A DNA stretch of 64,000 bases from Octopus vulgaris (taxonomy: Eukaryota). Under the pieces are notes generated by a model. The model was not told the DNA's origin, did not search any database, and saw only the letters and a program-made list of their open reading frames with translations. Below, one piece after another: positions 27,274 to 40,640 of the stretch. A program made the translations under genes and the position numbers. The DNA lies in contig OX597819.1 in the NCBI GenBank assembly GCA_951406725.2, positions 25,234,001-25,298,000 on the forward strand, in the 5' to 3' direction. How positions within the stretch are numbered: position 1 is the stretch's first letter; every line of letters begins with the position of its first letter.

Positions 27274-27715
27274 AGAAAGAGCCAAAAAAAAGAAAAAGGC
27301 GGTGCTCCATCATGGCCACAGTCAAATGAATGAAACAAGTAAAAGAGTAAAAGAGTAAAAGAGTATGTGCCACGCTACAGCATATCAGCGAACAGACTTC
27401 ACAGTATAGGCATATATGTCGTAGACCGGTGATTCAGTACGTTTCGAGGTGAACCGAGTAAATGATGCTGAAGAGCGGTAACGATAGCGAAATATCGATA
27501 CCTGTCATTCTAGTTTATATCGAGTGCGTTGTCTCGTCACCTCGGCGTCGAGTCGGGAGCTTTTCCAAGATGCTATACCATAGCATATAGGTGTATAAAC
27601 AAAACATATACACTATGTATAATGTACACATATGCACGCACGCACGCACGCACGCTTGCACAGATGAATACGCGCCCGCATATAGACACACGCACATACA
27701 CACACATGCACACGT

Positions 27716-27767
<52 letters not shown>

Positions 27768-27768
27768 T

Positions 27769-27988
27769 TACGATTGGTTGCAGAAAAGTTCCTGGCTTTG
27801 TGTAAAAGAAAATACAGGAGGATCCATTAATTATGATTTTATCCAACATATTCCCCTCTCAGATTCACACACTTGTTGCGGTGGTTCTTCAGTTCTTTTA
27901 GGCACTGTAAATGAACTCGGAAGGTTGGGCCTCCAACCAGGCCTTTCGCAACACCTTTAAAGCCAGGAACTTTTCAGCAGCCCCTTGT
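27769..27988. mobile_element. Mariner-type MITE
   Basis: TIR core GAAAAGTTCCTGGCTTT / AAAGCCAGGAACTTTTC; inverted copy at 38146-38359. Confidence 0.75.
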
Positions 27989-28089
27989 GTTTATTTGTTA
28001 TATGCGTCGTGGGTATGACATCAAACTGCATCCCGTGAGGAGGTTCCTCTTAGGATATATAAACATGTATACGTATGTGTACGTATATA

Positions 28090-28237
28090 TCTTTCAGTTT
28101 TCGTCTACCAAATCCACTCACAAGGCTTTGGTCGGGCCGAGGCTATAGTAGAAGACACTTGCCCAAAGTGCCACGCAGTGGGACTGAACCCTGAACCATG
28201 TGGTTGGTAAGCAAGCTACTTACCACACAGCCACTCT
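28090..28237 (-). mobile_element. SINE family A, 5' half
   Basis: Reverse complement of the head. Confidence 0.85.
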
Positions 28238-28929
28238 GGAGTTGTAGGGAGCGTGGACTTGTCTCTTAATTATTACTGTACTCGGATCTGTTCTCACCCG
28301 GAAAGGTAGTTCCAATCAGGTTTCCAACTATGGAATAAATAGATTTCCAAGAGGTAGAAGAGGTTTCCGTTACTTTTGACAAAGCCATGGGGAAGGCAGC
28401 TCTTTTTGGAGAAAGATACACCGACATAAAACTTGTAATCAAAAGAGTACCAGTCATCTTGCAATACTTGTCACTGGAATCCATAATAGCAGCCGAGAGA
28501 GTGGCAGAAGTATTGTACAAGCTTTTGTCACTTATTCAATGATGCACAGATGTCTCACTATCATTTCATTTCTTGATCCGTTTGTATTTTATAACGTGCA
28601 AAACAACCCCCGTCCAATGGACGGTGCTGAGCTGTCAAACATTTAAACCAAATTTTCTCAAAACAACTTGTCCGACCGTCCCATAGGCCTCCCCTTTAAG
28701 AAACACTGATTTAACCTAAATTTGAGACACCAACAAAAGAAGAAATAAAGATAGACTTTTTTCTATTCCAAAGAAAAGCGATTTTATTCACACAAATATG
28801 CAACTGAAGAGTTTAAAGTACCAGTAATGATAAGGCTGTTGACTGAGAGAACACAAACATGGTTTAAACAGTAAGCTTGGCAGGAAAGAAACGCGACTTT
28901 AAGCAGTACAAAAACAACAAAAAATGGAA

Positions 28930-29047
28930 GGTTCAGTTATGTACAGGTTGACGGAAGAAAAGCAGGACAAAAATGGGATGGAGGATGCCCGAGATCCTAG
29001 AAGACAGACAGACAGACAGACAGACAGAACGGATTTTATATAATAGA
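28930..29047 (-). mobile_element. Helitron-like 5' terminus
   Basis: Minus strand A|TCTATTATATAAAATCCGTTCTGTCTGTCTG, similar to the 5' ends at 29982 and 36600. Confidence 0.5.
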
Positions 29048-29113
29048 TATATTACGGAGATGTACTTGCATAGGAAGTGACTTCTTCCGAGATCGTGTGC
29101 TGAAGATGATCGC

Positions 29114-29383
29114 GTGGAAGATGTTCGTAAGCCATTCAAAATCACACAAAAACCGTTAGTTTCACTTCAACATTTAGCTTTCATTTGTGTCAAAATATTT
29201 TCGTCGCTTTGAAACCGCGGCTTGTTTATTGACAAAACTTCGTGCTGCATATCAAAGTTTTGTCAGTGAACAGTTCGTGCTGTCAAAGCGACGAATATAT
29301 TTTGACACGAGTGAAATTTAAATGTAGAAGTGAAACTAACGTCCTTTGTGTTTTCTTAAATGGCTTACAAACATCTTCCACGC

Positions 29384-29384
<1 letters not shown>
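29114..29384. mobile_element. Fully palindromic MITE (about 270 bp)
   Basis: GCGTGGAAGATGTTCGTAAGCCATT ... AATGGCTTACAAACATCTTCCACGC, with arms pairing through to the centre. Confidence 0.85.
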
Positions 29385-29432
<48 letters not shown>

Positions 29433-29520
29433 CAGGTATGTCATATTTTCCGTTTGGTTTCTTTTTATTTAATCCTGAATATATCATTTATGTAACGCAT
29501 GTACTCATTAATTTTTTTTA

Positions 29521-29578
<58 letters not shown>

Positions 29579-29594
29579 TATATATATATATATA

Positions 29595-29982
29595 CTAGCA
29601 GTATCGCCCGGCGTTGCTCGGGTTTGTTTCGACCCGCTGGAATTGGAATTTTTGAAAAGTAAAAATTCTGCATTATGTAGCTTGTTATTCTCTTCAAGTG
29701 AACATTTTTCTGGTTGAAATACATCGAAAAGTGGCGACACAGCAGTGAAAAAATCGTAAAAATAGGGATTTTCATAGAAAAAAAGCACCTTTTTGATGTA
29801 AATAACTTTTGGTGTTAACATGGTCCGATTTGAAGTTCATCTTCTACGGAAGGAAGAGCAACCCTTCTATCATACTCTCAATTTTGGTCAACTTGCGCCG
29901 CAGGGTCTCGGAGGAGATAGTGTTAGTTGAAGGCTACCAAACCTGCCGCACACAGACAACTTCAGCTTTATATATAGAGAGA
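29595..29982 (-). mobile_element. Complete non-autonomous Helitron
   Basis: A|TCTCTCTATATATAAAG... and ...CCCGAGCAACGCCGGG-CGATACTG-CTAG|T: 5' TC, 3' hairpin plus CTAG, AT target. Confidence 0.9.
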
Positions 29983-30662
29983 TAACACACACACACACAT
30001 CAATACACATACATACACACACATACACATGTATGTATATATGTACATCTGTCCACTTCTTGCCATATTTTTATCCTTCACTTCCTACACACACACACAC
30101 ACTCACACACACACACACATACACGCACGCATGCACACTTACACACACACACATACACGCACGCATGCACACTTACACACACACACACACACACTTTCTT
30201 AGCTTACAATTTCTTTCTTTCAACAATTGACAACTGAAGTACGTTCGCCAATGAATACTACCAAAAGTTAGCGACAGATCTCTGTTTCCTTTTTTATGTT
30301 GAGGATTGGTTTAAGCATTAATAAGAGGAAGTAGCAGAATGTGTGATGTTGAATAAGAGTTGCAGAAAGAGGATATGATAGTGGTATACACTTGCAAAGA
30401 GAAAGTAGGAGAAAGTGTGGTAATAGCAGGAGTAAAGCATTTGAAATGAGAGAGGCAAATCGTAAAATATTGAGTTTTCTCGAATTTTTGCTTAATTGGG
30501 GGTGAAATTGAAAAAATGTATAAGCCATAATCCAATCGAATCTACTTCGAAAAATCATAGGTAAATTCCAATTGAAGAAATTCTATATTGTACAATTGTA
30601 TTAAAAACAAACATAGTCAGAGGCAGAGAAAATCTGCCTTTTATCATAAGAGATATAATATA

Positions 30663-30693
<31 letters not shown>

Positions 30694-30809
30694 AGAGAGA
30701 GATTTCTGTAACGTACCATCCACCCAATTGCACTGAAGCCTTCAGTCGCTTCCCGCAGCTATAGTGGAAAACATAATCGCCTAAGGAAATGCGTTTTATG
30801 TTTGTAAAT

Positions 30810-31036
30810 GACTGTGTAGTTAAGAAACTAGCTTTGCAATCCCGTAGTTTCGGGTTCAGTTCAGATGTGTGGCACCTCGACCGAGCGTCTTCTAATATAG
30901 TCCGGGGCCGGTCAATGCTTTGTTAAGTGAATTTGGTAGAAGGAAGCTGTGTAGCAGATAGTTTTCTGCACACATTTATACGTAAATGTGTGTGTGTGTG
31001 TGTGTGTGTGCATGTGTGTGTGTGTTTGTGTGTGTT

Positions 31037-31089
<53 letters not shown>

Positions 31090-31282
31090 GAGAGATTTGT
31101 TTTGTCCCCACCATCTTTGTTTACGCGCCTCCGTAACTTAACTGTCTGACATAAGCGAGTGATAGAATAAATAGCCCCCCCCCAAGAATTATTTGGATCG
31201 ATTTGTTTGATTAAACCCTTCTAGACGGTATCCCAGCATGGCAGGAGTCCTATGATTAAAACAAGCTAAAGATAAAAGATAA
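30810..31282 (+). mobile_element. Old SINE family A-related copy
   Basis: Degenerate head, body and AAAAGAT tail. Confidence 0.65.
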
Positions 31283-31622
31283 GACATGAATATATTTGTA
31301 CATAATCTCTGAGTTTTTATCTCCATCACTCCCTCCCTTTCATTATCTCTGTCCCTTTCGCTTATTTGTCTTCATTCACTGCCCCCCCTCCCAACTCCAC
31401 CAGTAGAATAAATCCATTTCTTTATTTAGTTACATACATGAATTAAATACTTCCAGAAATAACAATTTCTTTCAAGAAACATTACGATTTAATCCTGTGG
31501 AGATATAGAATTATATACAGATGTAACTGAATTCATATATATATATATATATATTGATAAAAATGGTAAGATAACAAAAAGAAAGAAAGAAACTTCGATA
31601 TTACGTAAGATAGAGGAATTTA

Positions 31623-31659
<37 letters not shown>

Positions 31660-31666
31660 CATATAT

Positions 31667-31701
<35 letters not shown>

Positions 31702-31712
31702 CATACATATAT

Positions 31713-31766
<54 letters not shown>

Positions 31767-32153
31767 ATATATACATACAAACATACAAGCATACATATAT
31801 ACATACATACAAAAATACATACATATATTTACATACAAATAATTATATTTATGTATGTCTGCATATATATATATATATGTATATATATACATATATATAT
31901 GCAGACATACATAAATATAATTATTTGTATGTAAATATATGTATGTATTTTTGTATGTATGTATATATGTATGTTTGTATGTTTGTATGTATATATATAC
32001 ATATATATATATGCATCATATATATATCATTATATAAAAGCATAATTATATATATATATATATATGTGTGTGTATGTCTGTCTGTGTGTTTGTGTATCGG
32101 TGGTACACAGGTATGTAAGTGTGTTCATATGTATATAAAAATATTCTTGGACT

Positions 32154-32186
<33 letters not shown>

Positions 32187-32366
32187 CAAGGGCACACACA
32201 CATACATACTCACACACTATTTAAAGATCATGTTTTAATGTTCTAAACATTAAAACGAATATATTTAACAGGGAATTATTGAATACAGGATGCGACATAA
32301 TCACATCCGATTTAAGAATAATTATGCGCAATGCACGTTATGTAATCAATAACTTATATATATATA

Positions 32367-32784
32367 GGCGTAGGAGTGGCTGTGTGGTAAGTAGCTTGCT
32401 TACGTACCACATGGTTCCGGGTTCAGTCCCACTGCGTGGCACCTTGGGCAAGTGTGTTTTACTATAGCCTCGGGCCGACCAAAGCCTTGTTAGTGGATTT
32501 GGTAGACGGAAACTGAAAGAAGCCTGTCGTATATATGTATATATATGTTTATATGTATGTCTGTATATGTTTGTGTGTCTGTGTTTGTCCCCCTAGCATT
32601 GCTTGATAACCGATGCTGGTGTGTTTACGTCCCCGTCACTTAGCGGTTCGGCAAAAGAGACCGATAGAATAAGTACTGGGCTTACAAAGGAATAAGCCCT
32701 GGGGTCGATTTGCTCGACTAAAGGCGGTGCTCCAGCATGACCGCAGTCAAATGACTGAAACAAGTAAAAGAGTAAAAGAGTAAA

Positions 32785-32817
<33 letters not shown>

Positions 32818-33222
32818 CGCAAGTGTGGCTGTCTGTTAAGAACCACATGGTTCCGGGTTCAGTTCCACTGTGTGGCACATTGGGCAAGTGTCTTCTACTA
32901 CAGCCTCGAGGCAATCAAAACCTTGTGAGTGGATTTGGTTGGCGGAAACTGAAAGAAACTTGTATATATATATATATATATACATATGTATGTGTGTATG
33001 TGTGTATGAGTGTTTATGAGTGTGCGTCTGTGTTTGTCCTCCCCGCCATCGCTTGACAACCGATGCTGGTGTGTTTATGTCCTCGTAACTTAGCGGTTCA
33101 GCAAAAAATATGATAGAATAATTACTAGGCTTACAAAGAATATGCTCTGGGATCGACTAAAATCCTTTAAGGCGGTGCTCCAGCATGCCCAGAATCAAAT
33201 GAGTGAACCAAGAGAATAAAAG
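32367..33222 (+). mobile_element. Two tandem SINE family A copies (32367-32787, 32816-33222)
   Basis: Both near full length, separated by (TA)n. Confidence 0.9.
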
Positions 33223-33259
33223 AACAACACACACTCACACACACACACGTATACATATA

Positions 33260-34493
33260 CAGGGTACGTAAGGTATATGAGGAGATACCTTTTTTGGGTC
33301 ATTGCTGCATTGTTTCATAAAATAATAATGGCAGACCCTTAACTTACTCAAGAAATGAAGAGGCATGCTGTTATTGTTGTTATAAAGGCGGAGCATAGCG
33401 ATTTAGAAATATCTCGATATTTACAAGTTGCTAGATCTGTCGTCTATAAAGTTTGTAAGGAGCTAGAAGACTGAAGATGGAAACGCATCACCAGTATCAC
33501 AGCATAAAAAGCATTCTAAACGCTCTGAAATCATCTGAAGACATGAATTCATCCATTAAATTCAACAGACCATTGATTACAATCCTAGAAAGTCCATGAA
33601 GTCAATTGCAAAAGATCTCCATGTGCCAGAAGGAACAGTCAGAAATGTTGTCCACGAAGTCATCAGATATAAGTCTTATATGATGAGGAAAGGTCAATTT
33701 GTCAGAAAAAGCAAAAGAAAATCACTACATGAGATCTAAAAGGCTCTTAAACAAACTGAAAAATCCAGCGCAAGAAGATTTGATTTCGTTTTTCTCAAAT
33801 GAGAAAAACTTCGACCAAGATCAAAAAGTTAACAGAAGAAATGACAGATGGTTATGTGCAGACCCTTTTAAAGTTTCAAGTGTTATGCATACAAAATTTC
33901 CAGTCACTGTCATGGTTTTAGGAGTTGTCAGCAATGAAAGACATATGATACTACCTTATTTCTGTCTACAAGGCCTTAGAGTTAGCTCTGCCACCTATAT
34001 TGAGGTCATCGAAATAATTGTCAAGCCCTAGATAGTGTATGCAATGGAAGCCTAAAAGTGTTTTAGTAAGAGTCTGCACTATCACACATGGCTCTAGTAA
34101 CACAGGAATGGATGACCGAAAATTTTGATGATCCTATAACCCCTAACATTTGGCCTCCTAATTCCCCAGATCTCAATCCATTGGACTATTACATTTGGAG
34201 TATTACTGAGAGAGAGGTAAATGAACACGCCCAATAACACCAAAGATTCTTTGAAAGCTGCTATAGTCAAAGTAATGTCCAAAATGAACCGGAACCACTT
34301 GATCCGAGCATGTAGATGATTTAGATCTCATATAGAAGCAGTTGTTGAAGCTGAAGGTGGCTTTATTGAATAACATTACAAAGAAGAAGGTTTATTTTTA
34401 TCCTCATAGCATTTTTTAATAAATAAAGTTATCTCTTATAAGTTTTTTTTTTTTATAAGCATAAATCTGTCCTCAAATATATTACGCACTCTG
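33260..34493 (+). mobile_element. Full-length Tc1/mariner (maT/DD37D-like) transposon with a pseudogenised transposase
   Basis: TA|CAGGGTACGTAA...TTACGCACTCTG|TA; motifs FFSNEKNF, KFPVTVMVLGVVS, WPPNSPDLNPLDY; several stops and frameshifts. Confidence 0.88.
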
Positions 34494-34503
34494 TATATAT
34501 ATA

Positions 34504-34665
34504 GGCGTAGGTGTGACTGTGATAAGAAGCTTTCTTCCCAACCACATGGTTCTGGGTTCAGTCCCATTGCGTGGCACCTTGAGCAAGTGTCTTCTACTAT
34601 AGCCTCGAGCCGACCAAAGGGTTGTAAGTGGATTTGGTTGACGGAAACTGAAAGAAGCTTGTCGT
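34504..34665 (+). mobile_element. SINE family A, 5' half
   Basis: Head through to the internal TA repeat. Confidence 0.8.
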
Positions 34666-35619
34666 ATATATGTATATATATATAATTCAATGGTACAACA
34701 GTGTAAGAGTTTGCTTTGAGATATACTTAGATTGTGATTTCTGCAATGTGCTGCATAAATTGTCAAGTAGATGAGAGGCATCTTTGCCTCCACAAATTCA
34801 GTTGCAAAGTGTTGAGTAAAGTTATTTGGTTGCAGACCTCATTTAAGTCTTTTTATTATCACTGGGTCACACATAGTCCCCAGATGGTAACATTGATTTC
34901 AAGGCCTTCCCAGATGAGTGACTGGTTATTCAAAGACATTTATAGATTGTAAATTTATTCTGTTCAGTTAAATTTCAGTATAGTGGTCCTTTGCAAACTC
35001 CAGATGTGACATTTTCATTTCACCTTAGCCCTCACGTCACACATTTGTTAATGTTTACCTCAGTTGGGTGACGCCCTAACAATTGCTATAGTTCCATAAT
35101 GCATCTTACAGCTGTGCCTGTCACCTGGATGGTGAGGAATCCTACATTGGGAGTGGTAACGACTAGGGTAGGGTAGCAGACTGCTTATTGTGATCATTCG
35201 TCTTTTGGTTCCCTGTAGCTTTGCTCTCTTTTACAAACCCAGTGAACATACATATATTTCCTATTTCAAAGAAATTCAAACAATAGATATAAGACCCAAG
35301 TTAAAAACATTCCCAAGAATTCAACTTCTCTGCTTGACATTAAGACACCCACCCCCAATAGGGGCCTTAACTCACACATTTTAGAGCTCCATGACCTCCA
35401 TTTTTCAGGATCAAAATCCTTTTAACGGGTTCTATAAAACTGGAATTTTGGAATCTGTACATAAAAATCAGTAGTATAGGATACATGTGTCGTGATTATT
35501 ATTTCTTTAGGGTGTGTTAAGAGGGAAAGAACCCTCGTCTGCAATTTTGATGAAATTCAAATCATAGCTATTCCAGTTCATTACAGAAAATATAACAGAA
35601 AAGTCTACTTCTTCAATTG

Positions 35620-35652
35620 CATGTAACACGGACAATGCCGGTATCTCTGCTA

Positions 35653-35653
<1 letters not shown>
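35620..35653 (+). mobile_element. Helitron-like 3' terminus
   Basis: CACGGACAATGCCGG..TCTG-CTAG|T followed by (TA)n. Confidence 0.5.
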
Positions 35654-35688
<35 letters not shown>

Positions 35689-35689
35689 A

Positions 35690-36040
35690 TCCTTTTATTA
35701 ATTCATTTGTTTCAATCATTTGACTGCGGTCATGCTGGTGCACCGCATTCAAGTGTTTTTGTTGAACAATTCGACTCCAGGACTTATTTTAAGGCCTAGT
35801 ACTTGTTCTATCGGTCACTTTGCCGAATCGCTATGTTACGGGACGAAAAGACACCAACACCGGTTGTCAAGCGAAGTGGTGGTTGACAAATACACACACA
35901 CACACACACACACGACGAGCTTCTTTCAGCCAAATCCACTCACAAGGCTTTGGTCAGCCCGGGGGCTTCAGTAGAAGACACTTGCCCACGGCGCCTTGCA
36001 GTGGGGGTTGAACCCAGAACCATGTGGCTGGAAAGCAAGC
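35690..36040 (-). mobile_element. SINE family A, degenerate, with a replaced head
   Basis: Reverse-complement body and tail. Confidence 0.7.
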
Positions 36041-36201
36041 GATGCGACGAACGACGGCTTCCACAGGGTCATAAACGATCCTTCGTCGGCTTCGACAATG
36101 AATATATCTCGTCGGCTGACCCACTGAGCTACTTACTCATTAAATGAACGTGTAAACGACTGAGTATCTGGCCATGAGTACACACCTACTTATATACTCT
36201 A

Positions 36202-36600
36202 CTAGCAGTATCGCCCGGCGTTGCTCGGGTTTGTAAGGGAAATAACTATATAAGCATTTTTAGAGAGTTATAGCCAAAAAATAGCAAAAAAATGCGTTAA
36301 AAATGGAAAAAAATGATGGTAAATTTTTTTAAAAGTCGTTGACTCATCGTAGACATTTTTAGAGAGTTACTTCCCTTATATAATAGCGAAAAAAATGCAT
36401 TAAAATGGAAAAAAATGAAGGTAAATTTTTTTTTTAAATCGTAGACTCATCGTAGACGCGCGCTAATACCCAGAAGGACTCGATATGAATCACGACTATA
36501 AGATACCCGGTTTTGGTTAAACTGTACCGCAAAATGTGGGAGTAGTTAGGAATCTAAATCGTAGGAGACTGACACACAACTTCACTTTTATATATAAAGA
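36202..36600 (-). mobile_element. Complete non-autonomous Helitron
   Basis: A|TCTTTATATATAAAAG... and a 3' end identical to the 29595 copy over about 32 nt, ending CTAG|T. Confidence 0.9.
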
Positions 36601-37417
36601 TATATTTCTTGTGTGCATATGAAAACCTGCGTACATATTTGTGCGCTCGCGCGTGTGCATGTGTGAGTATGTGTGTGCATGTAGGTAATTTAACAACTGT
36701 CTTTTTTTCTTAAAATATATTTTTAACGTTATTGATTCCTGGTTAGGTTTGAGGAACTTAATATTTCTTCCACAAAGCCTTTTCTAATCCATTTCTATTA
36801 AAAAAAGGTAGATTCATAAAAGCATTTGTATTGATTTTCATTATGGACACGTGTTCTTTTAATATAAGTTCACAGGCAGTATCAGCATCAAGGTGGAATT
36901 ATATGGTTTATAGGTAGAATCTAATCAATGTGCTTCCATAAGTTTTCATGAACTCGATTTCACTGTCAGGGATTCGGTCGGATCAAATCTGTGAGAAAAG
37001 GCAGCTGTTTATGATGCTGCACTGCAGGATCGAACCTGTAACTTTATGATTGCAAAGTGAAGTTATTCACCACGCAGCCATGTCTGCAATCGTAAGGTTT
37101 GGTAAAGGTAATTATTGCGTGACCTTATCAGAGAGAAGAGGGGTGGGGAGGAGAGAAGGGGAGGAAGAGGATGATGAAGACGAGGAAGAGAATGAAGAGG
37201 AGAGGAAAGATAAGGAGGAGAAGGATGACGAGGAGATGAAGGAGGAGGAGGAGGAGGAGGAGGAGAAGAAAATGAAGGAAAGTCTTGTGTAGAATTGTCT
37301 CTACACATTGTAGAGTAGTAGCAATATTTAATGCACACACACGCATATATATATATGTAGAGAGAGATAGAGAGTTAGATAGATAGAGAGAGATGGATAG
37401 ATAGATAGGTCGGTAGG

Positions 37418-37454
<37 letters not shown>

Positions 37455-38145
37455 CGTTAAATGCAACTACTCTTTGTGCACTTCTGTCGCTCTCTCCGAC
37501 GAAGGATCAAACCCGAAACGTCAGATTCCGCCTGTCTCCTCATATCATAGAAACATATCGACACGCATGAATATCCATCTATATAAATGTGTGTGTGTGT
37601 GTGTTTGTAAGTGTGTGTATCTGCGTGTGTGTGCATGTGTGTAGTGCATGTGCATGTATGTGCTGAATATATCTATCCTCGTGAGACACTGAATGCTGTG
37701 GTTGATCGTCGATTCAAGCTATTGCTGATAATAACAATGTGACCCTTAACAAATACCTAGATGAATGATGAATAAAAAAATTACGCTTGTTTTCTATAAT
37801 GGCGACATCTGTAACTGCAGTGAAGCAGGTTATATAATACTTAAACTATTGTGACTCAATGTTCTAAGTAAACATTACTTAAATAAACATCTACTATGAT
37901 AGACAATACGACAAGCTGTGTCTGCTCGGTGACAACTACAACGGCAACCGTTTCTTTTGAACTTGCTGATTGTAAAACAATCAACCGTTTCTTTTGAACT
38001 TGCTGATTGTAAAACATTTATGACCCTGTGGAAGTCGTCGTTCGTCGCATCGCTTGCTTTCCAGCCACATGTTTCCGGGTTCAAGCCCCACTGCAAGGCG
38101 CCGTGAGTAAGTGTCTTCTACTGAAGCCTCCGGGCTGACCAAAGC

Positions 38146-38359
38146 GGGGGCTGAAAAGTTCCTGGTTTTAAGGGTGTCGCGAAAGGCCTGGCTGGAGGCC
38201 CAAACTTCCAAGTTCTTTTACAGGGCTTAGAAAAATTGAAGGACTACTGCAGAAAGTGTGTGAGTCTGAGAGGGGAATATGTTGAGTGAAATCGTAATTA
38301 ACTGATCCTTCTCTATTCTCTTTTACTCAAAGCCAAGAACTTTTCAGCAACCCTTCGTA
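38146..38359. mobile_element. Mariner-type MITE
   Basis: GGGGGCTGAAAAGTTCCTGG...CCAAGAACTTTTCAGCAACCCTTCGTA. Confidence 0.75.
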
Positions 38360-38840
38360 AAACTATGAATAAGATAACCTTTTGGGGGGGACACTTGACA
38401 AGCTGGAAACAACAGCCAAATATTATGTCACACAATTTCATGTTACCATCATAAAACAGGAAGGACACGTCGGATGATAGTCATAAAGTACACAATAGTA
38501 ATAAGCGAAAAAACACACACAAACAAAAGAGACGTGAAGACTTTGACTGGAGCGTCTTTGATCATAGGATCTGCTTGTTTGATAAGGGCTACACAACAAC
38601 AACAACAAAAACAGAAACAACAACAACATTGACAACACCGATAAAAATAACTGCAACAATAACAACTACAATAATCCCTCGTCGTATCTCGGTTCATCTA
38701 TCGAGGTCCGCGTATTACGGTTCACTGATCGTGGTTTATTATCTAAGCTTACGTCGAATCCTCCTTGGTGTTATTTTGCCTTTATAATATTTATAAATAT
38801 ATACCAATTATTAAAAAAATATATATATATATGCAGTATA

Positions 38841-39003
38841 GGCGCAGGAGTGGCTGTGTGGCAAGTAGCTTGCTTACCAACCACATGGTTCCGGGTTCAT
38901 TCCCACTCCGTGTCAACTTGGGCAGCTGTTTTCTACTATAGCATCGGGCCGACCAAAGTCTTGTGAGTGGATTTGGTAGACGGAAACTGAAAGAAGCCCG
39001 TCG

Positions 39004-39040
<37 letters not shown>

Positions 39041-39247
39041 GTGTGTCTGTGTTTGTCTTCCCAACATCGCTTGACAACCGATGCTGGTGTATTTTCGTCC
39101 TCATCACTTAGCGGTTCGGCAAAGGAGACCGATAGAAGAAGTTCTAGGCTTACAAAGACTAAGTCCTGGGGTCGATTTGCTCGACTAAAGGCCGTGCTCC
39201 AGCATGGCCGCAGTCAAATGACCGAAACAAGTAAAAGTGTAAAGAGT
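38841..39247 (+). mobile_element. SINE family A
   Basis: Full-length copy. Confidence 0.9.
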
Positions 39248-39497
39248 AGTGTTTTTACTTCGCAGATCTTCATCTATCGCGGGTTGAAGGGGGTTGGAAC
39301 GTAACTACAACGATAGCCGAGGGATTACTGTACACTGTAACACAGCAACACCGACAATAACCACAGCAACAACTGTAACAACTACAACAACTACAACAAT
39401 AACTACAAGAACATAAACAACAACAACAACACTAACAAACGTGTGAATTTCACATGAATTTCTGATTCATTTATGCCTAGAGTGAGTTTGGTCAGTA

Positions 39498-39910
39498 AGC
39501 GGCGGTGGAGGCAGCGGTTTTGGCGGCAGCGGCGGTGGCACCAGCGGTGGTGGAGGCAGCGGTGATGGCGGCAGCGGCGGTGGAGGCAGCGGTGGTGGAG
39601 GCAGCGGCGGTGGAGGCAGCGGCGGTGGAGGCAGCGGCGGTGGAGGCAGCGGCGGTGGAGGCAGCGGCGGTGGAGCGGCGGTGGAGGCAGCGGTGTTGGC
39701 GGCAGCGGTGGTGGGGGCAGCGGCGGTGGAGGCAGTGGTGGTGGCGGCAGCGGCGGTGGTGGCGGTGGAGGCAGCGGTCGTGGCAGTGGCGGTGGAGGCA
39801 GCGGTGGTGGCGGCAGCGGCGGTGGTGGCAGCGGAGGTGGAAGAAGCGGTGGTGGGAGTGGCGGCGGTGGTGGCAGTGGTTTTGGAGGCAGCGGTGGTGG
39901 TGGCGGCAGT
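39498..39910. repeat. GC-rich 15-bp minisatellite (GGCGGTGGAGGCAGC)n, degenerate
   Basis: Seen directly; it produces the poly-Pro and poly-Ala ORFs. Confidence 0.9.
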
Positions 39911-40129
39911 AGTAGCAAAACAACGACACCTATACCCGACAGAGCAATGAACACCACAGTTCCCTTTTAACCCCTAAAGCAACAGGGTTTTCATAGCCGG
40001 CACGTACACCTTTGATGAAAAGTTTGCTCGGGCAAAGTGGAGCTGGGGCAATACAACAACATGTGCACAAAAAACCAATTAAGTTTGTACTAAAATATCT
40101 AAAGAAAAAGGTAAAGAGTCAAAAGATTG

Positions 40130-40403
40130 CACCTAGAAAGTTCCCCTCCGAAGTACAAGTCTGAGCAAGGTTGTTTTGTGGAAGACCAGCAGCCACCCCT
40201 GCATACCAGCCTCTCTCCACGCCACCGATGTTATCAATGGAAAAGGCAAAGACCGATACAGCTTGGCACCCGTGACATCACAACTCATTTCTAGAGCCGA
40301 ATGAGCTGGAGCAACGTGAAATAAAGCGTCTTACTCAAAAACAGAACACAGAACCCGGTCCAGGTATCGAACTTACTACTTCATGATTGTGACCCCAACA
40401 CCT
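40130..40403 (-). mobile_element. SINE family C (tRNA-like head)
   Basis: Minus-strand B box GTTCGATACC followed by TGTGTTC..TTGAGTAAGACGCTTTATTTCAC. Confidence 0.55.
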
Positions 40404-40456
40404 TATTTAAAATAGCATTATATATATACATACATACATACATATGTGTGTGTGTG

Positions 40457-40528
<72 letters not shown>

Positions 40529-40556
40529 AAAAAAGCAACAAGAATGGATTAAAATC

Positions 40557-40640
40557 TCGGTACGATCGTTTCGTACGAGGACATCTTTAATAAGCTACAA
40601 AAAATGCAGTGAATACAGATGGCTCGTACTCGTCAGCCGA
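40557..40640 (-). ncRNA. Type I hammerhead ribozyme
   Basis: Reverse complement of 41914-41997. Confidence 0.85.

Noticed and set aside
28260-28545. Coding-like stretch (VTFDKAMGKAALFGERYTDIKLVIKRVP)
   Set aside because: Contains a stop and no recognisable motif; possibly a LINE ORF1 relic but unsupported.
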